From Auanema rhodensis (lineage: Eukaryota > Animalia > Nematoda), in contig OZ059894.1 in the NCBI GenBank assembly GCA_964057225.1, positions 23,870,001 to 23,934,000 on the forward strand: a DNA stretch of 64,000 nt. Reading direction: 5' to 3'. The notes under the pieces are model-generated. The model ran no database searches, was not told the origin of the DNA, and saw only the letters and a list, made by a program, of their open reading frames with translations. This document shows, piece by piece, positions 1-12,600 of this stretch. How positions within the stretch are numbered: position 1 is the stretch's first letter; every line of letters starts with the position of its first letter. A program made the position numbers and the translations under genes.

Positions 1-1231
1 GCATTTGGTATGTAACTCGCTTCACGTGAAAGATAAAGAGATGCGGTTTTCAAAATTAGATTCCTCATGTCCATATTAGTCTAAAAACAAATTTTTATTG
101 ATATTGGTGCATGGTAACCATGACTTTGAAATTTACGTGAACTTTAATTTATGCTAATTAAATGTACACGTGATGTGCACTTGGTATGTAACTCGCTTCA
201 CGTGAAAGATAAAGAGATGCGGTTTTCAAAATTAGATTGCCCATGTCCATATTAGTCTAAAAACAAATTTTTATTGATATTGGTGCATGGTAACCATGAC
301 TTTGAAATTTACGTGAACTTTAATTTATGCTAATTAAATGTACACGTGATGTGCACTTGGTATGTAACTCGCTTCACGTGAAAGATAAAGAGATGCGGTT
401 TTCAAAATTAGATTCCCCATGTCCATATTAGTCTAAAAACGAATTTTATTGATATTGGTGCATGGTAACCACGACTTTGAAATTTACGTGAACTTTAATT
501 TATGCTAATTAAATGTACACGTGATGTGCACTTGGTATGTAACTCGCTTCACGTGAAAGATAAAGAGATGCGGTTTTCAAAATTAGATTCCCCATGTCCA
601 TATTAGTCTAAAAACAAATTTTTATTGATATTGGTTCATGGTAACCATGACTTTGAAATTTACGTGAACTTTAATTTATGCTAATTAAATGTACACGTGA
701 TGTGCACTTGGTATGTAACTCGCTTCACGTGAAAGATAAAGAGATGCGGTTTTCAAAATTAGATTCCCCATGTCCATATTAGTCTAAAAACAAATTTTTA
801 TTGATATTGGTGCATGGTAACCATGACTTTGAAATTTACGTGAACTTCAATTTATGCTAATTAAATGTACACGTGATGTGCACTTGGTATGTAACTCGCT
901 TCACGTGAAAGATAAAGAGATGCGGTTTTCAAAATTAGATTCCCCATGTCCATATTAGTCTAAAAACAAATTTTTATTGATATTGGTGCATGGTAACCAT
1001 GACTTTGAAATTTACGTGTACTTTAATTTATGCTAATTAAATGTACACTTGATGTGCACTTGGTATGTAACTCGCTTCACGTGAAAGATAAAGAGATGCG
1101 GTTTTCAAAATTAGATTCCCCATGTCCATATTAGTCTAAAAACAAATTTTTATTGATATTGGTGCATGGTAACCATGACTTTGAAATTTACGTGAACTTT
1201 AATTTATGCTAATTAAATGTACACGTGATGT

Positions 1232-1407
1232 GCACTTGGTATGTAACTCGCTTCACGTGAAAGATAAAGAGATGCGGTTTTCAAAATTAGATTCCCCATG
1301 TCCATATTAGTCTAAAAACAAATTTTTATTGATATTGGTGCATGGTAACCATGACTTTGAAATTTACGTGAACTTTAATTTATGCTAATTAAATGTACAC
1401 GTGATGT
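1232..1407 (+). repeat. Example consensus monomer (176 bp, 57 G+C, 5 CpG)
   Basis: Read directly. It matches the majority base at each position; position 109 is a common G/T polymorphism. Confidence 0.95.
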
Positions 1408-4400
1408 GCACTTGGTATGTAACTCGCTTCACGTGAAAGATAAAGAGATGCGGTTTTCAAAATTAGATTACCCATGTCCATATTAGTCTAAAAACAAATT
1501 TTTATTGATATTGGTTCATGGTAACCATGACTTTGAAATTTACGTGAACTTTAATTTATGCTAATTAAATGTACACGTGATGTGCACTTGGTATGTAACT
1601 CGCTTCACGTGAAAGATAAAGAGATGCGGTTTTCAAAATTAGATTCCCCATGTCCATATTAGTCTAAAAACAAATTTTTATTGATATTGGTGCATGGTAA
1701 CCATGACTTTGAAATTTACGTGAACTTTAATTTATGCTAATTAAATGTACACGTGATGTGCACTCGGTATGTAACTCGCTTCACGTGAAAGATAAAGTGA
1801 TGCGGTTTTCAAAATTAGATTCCTCATGTCCATATTAGTCTAAAAACAAATTTTTATTGATATTGGTGCATGGTAACCATGACTTTGAAATTTACGTGAA
1901 CTTTAATTTATGCTAATTAAATGTACACGTGATGTGCACTTGGTATGTAACTCGCTTCACGTGAAAGATAAAGAGATACGGTTTTCAAAATTAGATTCCC
2001 CATGTCCATATTAGTCTAAAAACAAATTTTTATTGATATTGGTGCATGGTAACCATGACTTTGAAATTTACGTGAACTTTAATTTATGCTAATTAAATGT
2101 ACACGTGATGTGCACTTGGTATGTAACTCGCTTCACGTGAAAGATAAAGAGATGCGGTTTTCAAAATTAGATTCCTCATGTCCATATTAGTCTAAAAACA
2201 AATTTTTATTGATATTGGTGCATGGTAACCATGACTTTGAAATTTACGTGAACTTTAATTTATGCTAATTAAATGTACACGTGATGTGCACTTGGTATGT
2301 AACTCGCTTCACGTGAAAGATGAAGAGATGCGGTTTTCAAAATTAGATTCTTCATGTCCATATTAGTCTAAAAACAAATTTTTATTGATATTGGTTCATG
2401 GTAACCATGACTTTGAAATTTACGTGAACTTTAATTTATGCTAATTAAATGTACACGTGATGTGCACTTGGTATGTAACTCGCTTCACGTGAAAGATAAA
2501 GAGATGCGGTTTTCAAAATTAGATCCCCCATGTCCATATTAGTCTAAAAACAAATTTTTATTGATATTGGTGCATGGTAACCATGACTTTGAAATTTACG
2601 TGAACTTTAATTTATGCTAATTAAATGTACACGTGATGTGCACTTGGTATGTAACTCGCTTCACGTGAAAGATAAATAGATACGGTTTTCAAAATTAGAT
2701 TCCCCATGTCCATATTAGTCTAAAAACAAATTTTTATTGATATTGGTGCATGGTAACCATGACTTTGAAATTTACGTGAACTTTAATTTATGCTAATTAA
2801 ATGTACACGTGATGTGCACTTGGTATGTAACTCGCTTCACGTGAAAGATAAAGAGATGCGGTTTTCAAAATTAGATTCCCCATGTCCATATTAGTCTAAA
2901 AACAAATTTTTATTGATATTGGTGCATGGTAACCATGACTTTGAAATTTACGTGAACTTTAATTTATGCTAATTAAATGTACACGTGATGTGCACTTGGT
3001 ATGTAACTCGCTTCACGTGAAAGATAAAGAGATGCGGTTTTCAAAATTAGATTCCCCATGTCCATATTAGTCTAAAAACAAATTTTTATTGATATTGGTT
3101 CATGGTAACCATGACTTTGAAATTTACGTGAACTTTAATTTATGCTAATTAAATGTACACGTGATGTGCACTTGGTATGTAACTCGCTTCACGTGAAAGA
3201 TAAAGAGATGCGGTTTTCACAATTAGATTCCCCATGTCCATATTAGTCTAAAAACAAATTTTTATTGATATTGGTGCATGGTAACCATGACTTTGAAATT
3301 TACGTGAACTTTAATTTATGCTAATTAAATGTACACGTGATGTGCACTTGGTATGTAACTCGCTTCACGTGAAAGATAAAGAGATGCGGTTTTCAAAATT
3401 AGATTCCCCATGTCCATATTAGTCTAAAAACAAATTTTTATTGATATTGGTTCATGGTAACCATGACTTTGAAATTTACGTGAACTTTAATTTATGCTAA
3501 TTAAATGTACACGTGATGTGCACTTGGTATGTAACTCGCTTCACGTGAAAGATAAAGAGATGCGGTTTTCAAAATTAGATTCCCCATGTCCATATTAGTC
3601 TAAAAACAAATTTTTATTGATATTGGTTCATGGTAACCATGACTTTGAAATTTACGTGAACTTTAATTTATGCTAATTAAATGTACACGTGATGTGCACT
3701 TGGTATGTAACTCGCTTCACGTGAAAGATAAAGAGATGCGGTTTTCAAAATTAGATTCCCCATGTCCATATTAGTCTAAAAACAAATTTTTATTGATATT
3801 GGTGCATGGTAACCATGACTTTGAAATTTACGTGAACTTTAATTTATGCTAATTAAATGTACACGTGATGTGCACTTGGTATGTAACTCGCTTCACGTGA
3901 AAGTTAAAGAGATGCGGTTTTCAAAATTAGATTCCCCATGTCCATATTAGTCTAAAAACAAATTTTTATTGATATTGGTGCATGGTAACCATGACTTTGA
4001 AATTTACGTGTACTTTAATTTATGCTAATTAAATGTACACTTGATGTGCACTTGGTATGTAACTCGCTTCACGTGAAAGATAAAGAGATGCGGTTTTCAA
4101 AATTAGATTCCCCATGTCCATATTAGTCTAAAAACAAATTTTTATTGATATTGGTGCATGGTAACCATGACTTTGAAATTTACGTGAACTTTAATTTATG
4201 CTAATTAAATGTACACGTGATGTGCACTCGGTATGTAACTCGCTTCACGTGAAAGATAAAGTGATGCGGTTTTCAAAATTAGATTCCTCATGTCCATATT
4301 AGTCTAAAAACAAATTTTTATTGATATTGGTGCATGGTAAACATGACTTTGAAATTTACGTGAACTTTAATTTATGCTAATTAAATGTACACGTGATGTG

Positions 4401-7400
4401 CACTTGGTATGTAACTCGCTTCACGTGAAAGATAAAGAGATACGGTTTTCAAAATTAGATTCCCCATGTCCATATTAGTCTAAAAACAAATTTTTATTGA
4501 TATTGGTGCATGGTAACCATGACTTTGAAATTTACGTGAACTTTAATTTATGCTAATTAAATGTACACGTGATGTGCACTTGGTATGTAACTCGCTTCAC
4601 GTGAAAGATAAAGAGATGCGGTTTTCAAAATTAGATTCCCCATGTCCATATTAGTCTAAAAACAAATTTTTATTGATATTGGTGCATGGTAACCATGACT
4701 TTGAAATTTACGTGAACTTTAATTTATGCTAATTAAATGTACACGTGATGTGCACTTGGTATGTAACTCGCTTCACGTGAAAGATGAAGAGATGCGGTTT
4801 TCAAAATTAGATTCCCCATGTCCATATTAGTCTAAAAACAAATTTTTATTGATATTGGTTCATGGTAACCATGACTTTGAAATTTACGTGAACTTTAATT
4901 TATGCTAATTAAATGTACACGTGATGTGCACTTGGTATGTAACTCGCTTCACGTGAAAGATAAAGAGATGCGGTTTTCAAAATTAGATTCCCCATGTCCA
5001 TATTAGTCTTAAAAAAAATTTTTATTGATATTGGTGCATGGTAACCATGACTTTGAAATTTACGTGAACTTTAATTTATGCTAATTAAATGTACACGTGA
5101 TGTGCACTTGGTATGTAACTCGCTTCACGTGAAAGTTAAAGAGATGCGGTTTTCAAAATTAGATTCCCCATGTCCATATTAGTCTAAAAACAAATTTTTA
5201 TTGATATTAGTGCATGGTAACCATGACTTTGAAATTTACGTGTACTTTAATTTATGCTAATTAAATGTACACTTGATGTGCACTTGGTATGTAACTCGCT
5301 TCACGTGAAAGATAAAGAGATGCGGTTTTCAAAATTAGATTCCCCATGTCCATATTAGTCTAAAAACAAATTTTTATTGATATTGGTTCATGGTAACCAT
5401 GACTTTGAAATTTACGTGAACTTTAATTTATGCTAATTAAATGTACACGTGATGTGCACTTGGTATGTAACTCGCTTCACGTGAAAGATAAAGAGATGCG
5501 GTTTTCAAAATTAGATTCCCCATGTCCATATTAGTCTAAAAACAAATTTTTATTGATATTGGTGCATGGTAACCATGACTTTGAAATTTACGTGAACTTT
5601 AATTTATGCTAATTAAATGTACACGTGATGTGCACTTGGTATGTAACTCGCTTCACGTGAAAGTTAAAGAGATGCGGTTTTCAAAATTAGATTCCCCATG
5701 TCCATATTAGTCTAAAAACAAATTTTTATTGATATTGGTGCATGGTAACCATGACTTTGAAATTTACGTGTACTTTAATTTATGCTAATTAAATGTACAC
5801 TTGATGTGCACTTGGTATGTAACTCGCTTCACGTGAAAGATAAAGAGATGCGGTTTTCAAAATTAGATTCCCCATGTCCATATTAGTCTAAAAACAAATT
5901 TTTATTGATATTGGTGCATGGTAACCATGACTTTGAAATTTACGTGAACTTTAATTTATGCTAATTAAATGTACACGTGATGTGCACTTGGTATGTAACT
6001 CGCTTCACGTGAAAGATAAAGAGATGCGGTTTTCAAAATTAGATTCCCCATGTCCATATTAGTCTAAAAACAAATTTTTATTGATATTGGTTCATGGTAA
6101 CCATGACTTTGAAATTTACGTGAACTTTAATTTATGCTAATTAAATGTACACGTGATGTGCACTTGGTATGTAACTCGCTTCACGTGAAAGATAAAGAGA
6201 TGCGGTTTTCAAAATTAGATTCCCCATGTCCATATTAGTCTAAAAACAAATTTTTATTGATATTGCTTCATGGTAACCATGACTTTGAAATTTACGTGAA
6301 CTTTAATTTATGCTAATTAAATGTACACGTGATGTGCACTTGGTATGTAACTCGCTTCACGTGAAAGATAAAGAGATGCGGTTTTCAAAATTAGATTCCC
6401 CATGTCCATATTAGTCTAAAAACAAATTTTTATTGATATTGGTGCATGGTAACCATGACTTTGAAATTTACGTGAACTTTAATTTATGCTAATTAAATGT
6501 ACACGTGATGTGCACTTGGTATGTAACTCGCTTCACGTGAAAGATAAAGAGATGCGGTTTTCAAAATTAGATTCCCCATGTCCATATTAGTCTAAAAACA
6601 AATTTTTATTGATATTGGTGCATGGTAACCATGACTTTGAAATTTACGTGAACTTTAATTTATGCTAATTAAATGTACACGTGATGTGCACTTGGTATGT
6701 AACTCGCTTCACGTGAAAGTTAAAGAGATGCGGTTTTCAAAATTAGATTCCCCATGTCCATATTAGTCTAAAAACAAATTTTTATTGATATTGGTTCATG
6801 GTAACCATGACTTTGAAATTTACGTGAACTTTAATTTATGCTAATTAAATGTACACGTGATGTGCACTTGGTATGTAACTCGCTTCACGTGAAAGATAAA
6901 GAGATGCGGTTTTCAAAATTAGATTCCCCATGTCCATATTAGTCTAAAAACAAATTTTTATTGATATTGGTGCATGGTAACCATGACTTTGAAATTTACG
7001 TGAACTTTAATTTATGCTAATTAAATGTACACGTGATGTGCACTTGGTATGTAACTCGCTTCACGTGAAAGATAAAGAGATGCGGTTTTCAAAATTAGAT
7101 TCCCCATGTCCATATTAGTCTAAAAACAAATTTTTATTGATATTGGTTCATGGTAACCATGACTTTGAAATTTACGTGAACTTTAATTTATGCTAATTAA
7201 ATGTACACGTGATGTGCACTTGGTATGTAACTCGCTTCACGTGAAAGATAAAGAGATGCGGTTTTCAAAATTAGATTCCCCATGTCCATATTAGTCTAAA
7301 AACAAATTTTTATTGATATTGGTGCATGGTAACCATGACTTTGAAATTTACGTGAACTTTAATTTATGCTAATTAAATGTACACGTGATGTGCACTTGGT

Positions 7401-9679
7401 ATGTAACTCGCTTCACGTGAAAGATAAAGAGATGCGGTTTTCAAAATTAGATTCCCCATGTCCATATTAGTCTAAAAACAAATTTTTATTGATATTGGTG
7501 CATGGTAACCATGACTTTGAAATTTACGTGAACTTTAATTTATGCTAATTAAATGTACACGTGATGTGCACTTGGTATGTAACTCGCTTCACGTGAAAGA
7601 TAAAGAGATGCGGTTTTCAAAATTAGATTCCCCATGTCCATATTAGTCTAAAAACAAATTTTTATTGATATTGGTGCATGGTAACCATGACTTTGAAATT
7701 TACGTGAACTTTAATTTATGCTAATTAAATGTACACGTGATGTGCACTTGGTATGTAACTCGCTTCACGTGAAAGATAAAGAGATGCGGTTTTCAAAATT
7801 AGATTCCCCATGTCCATATTAGTCTAAAAACAAATTTTTATTGATATTGGTTCATGGTAACCATGACTTTGAAATTTACGTGAACTTTAATTTATGCTAA
7901 TTAAATGTACACGTGATGTGCACTTGGTATGTAACTCGCTTCACGTGAAAGATAAAGAGATGCGGTTTTCAAAATTAGATTCCCCATGTCCATATTAGTC
8001 TAAAAACAAATTTTTATTGATATTGGTGCATGGTAACCATGACTTTGAAATTTACGTGAACTTTAATTTATGCTAATTAAATGTACACGTGATGTGCACT
8101 TGGTATGTAACTCGCTTCACGTGAAAGTTAAAGAGATGCGGTTTTCAAAATTAGATTCCCTATGTCCATATTAGTCTAAAAACAAATTTTTATTGATATT
8201 GGTGCATGGTAACCATGACTTTGAAATTTACGTGTACTTTAATTTATGCTAATTAAATGTACACTTGATGTGCACTTGGTATGTAACTCGCTTCACGTGA
8301 AAGATAAAGAGATGCGGTTTTCAAAATTAGATTCCCCATGTCCATATTAGTCTAAAAACAAATTTTTATTGATATTGGTTCATGGTAACCATGACTTTGA
8401 AATTTACGTGAACTTTAATTTATGCTAATTAAATGTACACGTGATGTGCACTTGGTATGTAACTCGCTTCACGTGAAAGATAAAGAGATGCGGTTTTCAA
8501 AATTAGATTCCCCATGTCCATATTAGTCTAAAAACAAATTTTTATTGATATTGGTTCATGGTAACCATGACTTTGAAATTTACGTGAACTTTAATTTATG
8601 CTAATTAAATGTACACGTGATGTGCACTTGGTATGTAACTCGCTTCACGTGAAAGATAAAGAGATGCGGTTTTCAAAATTAGATTCCCCATGTCCATATT
8701 AGTCTAAAAACAAATTTTTATTGATATTGCTTCATGGTAACCATGACTTTGAAATTTACGTGAACTTTAATTTATGCTAATTAAATGTACACGTGATGTG
8801 CACTTGGTATGTAACTCGCTTCACGTGAAAGATAAAGAGATGCGGTTTTCAAAATTAGATTCCCCATGTCCATATTAGTCTAAAAACAAATTTTTATTGA
8901 TATTGGTGCATGGTAACCATGACTTTGAAATTTACGTGAACTTTAATTTATGCTAATTAAATGTACACGTGATGTGCACTCGGTATGTAACTCGCTTCAC
9001 GTGAAAGATAAAGTGATGCGGTTTTCAAAATTAGATTCCTCATGTCCATATTAGTCTAAAAACAAATTTTTATTGATATTGGTGCATGGTAACCATGACT
9101 TTGAAATTTACGTGAACTTTAATTTATGCTAATTAAATGTACACGTGATGTGCACTTGGTATGTAACTCGCTTCACGTGAAAGATAAAGAGATACGGTTT
9201 TCAAAATTAGATTCCCCATGTCCATATTAGTCTAAAAACAAATTTTTATTGATATTGGTGCATGGTAACCATGACTTTGAAATTTACGTGAACTTTAATT
9301 TATGCTAATTAAATGTACACGTGATGTGCACTTGGTATGTAACTCGCTTCACGTGAAAGATAAAGAGATGCGGTTCTCAAAATTAGATTCCCCATGTCCA
9401 TATTAGTCTAAAAACAAATTTTTATTGATATTGGTGCATGGTAACCATGACTTTGAAATTTACGTGAACTTTAATTTATGCTAATTAAATGTACACGTGA
9501 TGTGCACTCGGTATGTAACTCGCTTCACGTGAAAGATAAAGTGATGCGGTTTTCAAAATTAGATTCCTCATGTCCATATTAGTCTAAAAACAAATTTTTA
9601 TTGATATTGGTGCATGGTAACCATGACTTTGAAATTTACGTGAACTTTAATTTATGCTAATTAAATGTACACGTGATGT

Positions 9680-12600
9680 GCACTCGGTATGTAACTCGCT
9701 TCACGTGAAAGATAAAGTGATGCGGTTTTCAAAATTAGATTCCTCATGTCCATATTAGTCTAAAAACAAATTTTTATTGATATTGGTGCATGGTAACCAT
9801 GACTTTGAAATTTACGTGAACTTTAATTTATGCTAATTAAATGTACACGTGATGTGCACTTGGTATGTAACTCGCTTCACGTGAAAGATAAAGAGATACG
9901 GTTTTCAAAATTAGATTCCCCATGTCCATATTAGTCTAAAAACAAATTTTTATTGATATTGGTGCATGGTAACCATGACTTTGAAATTTACGTGAACTTT
10001 AATTTATGCTAATTAAATGTACACGTGATGTGCACTTGGTATGTAACTCGCTTCACGTGAAAGATAAAGAGATGCGGTTTTCAAAATTAGATTCCCCATG
10101 TCCATATTAGTCTAAAAACAAATTTTTATTGATATTGGTGCATGGTAACCATGACTTTGAAATTTACGTGAACTTTAATTTATGCTAATTAAATGTACAC
10201 GTGATGTGCACTTGGTATGTAACTCGCTTCACGTGAAAGATGAAGAGATGCGGTTTTCAAAATTAGATTCCCCATGTCCATATTAGTCTAAAAACAAATT
10301 TTTATTGATATTGGTTCATGGTAACCATGACTTTGAAATTTACGTGAACTTTAATTTATGCTAATTAAATGTACACGTCATGTGCACTTGGTATGTAACT
10401 CGCTTCACGTGAAAGATAAAGAGATGCGGTTTTCAAAATTAGATTCCCCATGTCCATATTAGTCTAAAAACAAATTTTTATTGATATTGGTGCATGGTAA
10501 CCATGACTTTGAAATTTACGTGAACTTTAATTTATGCTAATTAAATGTACACGTGATGTGCACTTGGTATGTAACTCGCTTCACGTGAAAGTTAAAGAGA
10601 TGCGGTTTTCAAAATTAGATTCCCCATGTCCATATTAGTCTAAAAACAAATTTTTATTGATATTGGTGCATGGTAACCATGACTTTGAAATTTACGTGTA
10701 CTTTAATTTATGCTAATTAAATGTACACTTGATGTGCACTTGGTATGTAACTCGCTTCACGTGAAAGATAAAGAGATGCGGTTTTCAAAATTAGATTCCC
10801 CATGTCCATATTAGTCTAAAAACAAATTTTTATTGATATTGGTGCATGGTAACCATGACTTTGAAATTTACGTGAACTTTAATTTATGCTAATTAAATGT
10901 ACACGTGATGTGCACTTGGTATGTAACTCGCTTCACGTGAAAGATAAAGAGATGCGGTTTTCAAAATTAGATTCCCCATGTCCATATTAGTCTAAAAACA
11001 AATTTTTATTGATATTGGTTCATGGTAACCATGACTTTGAAATTTACGTGAACTTTAATTTATGCTAATTAAATGTACACGTGATGTGCACTTGGTATGT
11101 AACTCGCTTCACGTGAAAGATAAAGAGATGCGGTTTTCAAAATTAGATTCCCCATGTCCATATTAGTCTAAAAACAAATTTTTATTGATATTGCTTCATG
11201 GTAACCATGACTTTGAAATTTACGTGAACTTTAATTTATGCTAATTAAATGTACACGTGATGTGCACTTGGTATGTAACTCGCTTCACGTGAAAGATAAA
11301 GAGATGCGGTTTTCAAAATTAGATTCCCCATGTCCATATTAGTCTAAAAACAAATTTTTATTGATATTGGTGCATGGTAACCATGACTTTGAAATTTACG
11401 GGGAACTTTAATTTATGCTAATTAAATGTACACGTGATGTGCACTCGGTATGTAACTCGCTTCACGTGAAAGATAAAGTGATGCGGTTTTCAAAATTAGA
11501 TTCCTCATGTCCATATTAGTCTAAAAACAAATTTTTATTGATATTGGTGCATGGTAACCATGACTTTGAAATTTACGTGAACTTTAATTTATGCTAATTA
11601 AATGTACACGTGATGTGCACTTGGTATGTAACTCGCTTCACGTGAAAGATAAAGAGATACGGTTTTCAAAATTAGATTCCCCATGTCCATATTAGTCTAA
11701 AAACAAATTTTTATTGATATTGGTGCATGGTAACCATGACTTTGAAATTTACGTGAACTTTAATTTATGCTAATTAAATGTACACGTGATGTGCACTTGG
11801 TATGTAACTCGCTTCACGTGAAAGATAAAGAGATGCGGTTTTCAAAATTAGATTCCCCATGTCCATATTAGTCTAAAAACAAATTTTTATTGATATTGGT
11901 GCATGGTAACCATGACTTTGAAATTTACGTGAACTTTAATTTATGCTAATTAAATGTACACGTGATGTGCACTTGGTATGTAACTCGCTTCACGTGAAAG
12001 ATGAAGAGATGCGGTTTTCAAAATTAGATTCCCCATGTCCATATTAGTCTAAAAACAAATTTTTGTTGATATTGGTTCATGGTAACCATGACTTTGAAAT
12101 TTACGTGAACTTTAATTTATGCTAATTAAATGTACACGTGATGTGCACTTGGTATGTAACTCGCTTCACGTGAAAGATAAAGAGATGCGGTTTTCAAAAT
12201 TAGATCCCCCATGTCCATATTAGTCTAAAAACAAATTTTTATTGATATTGGTGCATGGTAACCATGACTTTGAAATTTACGTGAACTTTAATTTATGCTA
12301 ATTAAATGTACACGTGATGTGCACTTGGTATGTAACTCGCTTCACGTGAAAGTTAAAGAGATGCGGTTTTCAAAATTAGATTCCCCATGTCCATATTAGT
12401 CTAAAAACAAATTTTTATTGATATTGGTGCATGGTAACCATGACTTTGAAATTTACGGGGAACTTTAATTTATGCTAATTAAATGTACACGTGATGTGCA
12501 CTCGGTATGTAACTCGCTTCACGTGAAAGATAAAGTGATGCGGTTTTCAAAATTAGATTCCTCATGTCCATATTAGTCTAAAAACAAATTTTTATTGATA

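Noticed and set aside
1232-1407. CENP-B box
   Set aside because: I found no match to the NTTCGNNNNANNCGGGN pattern on either strand of the consensus.
1232-1407. 5S rRNA, tRNA or snRNA tandem gene array
   Set aside because: The monomer shows no recognisable 5S sequence, tRNA cloverleaf or Pol III A/B boxes, and is very AT-rich.
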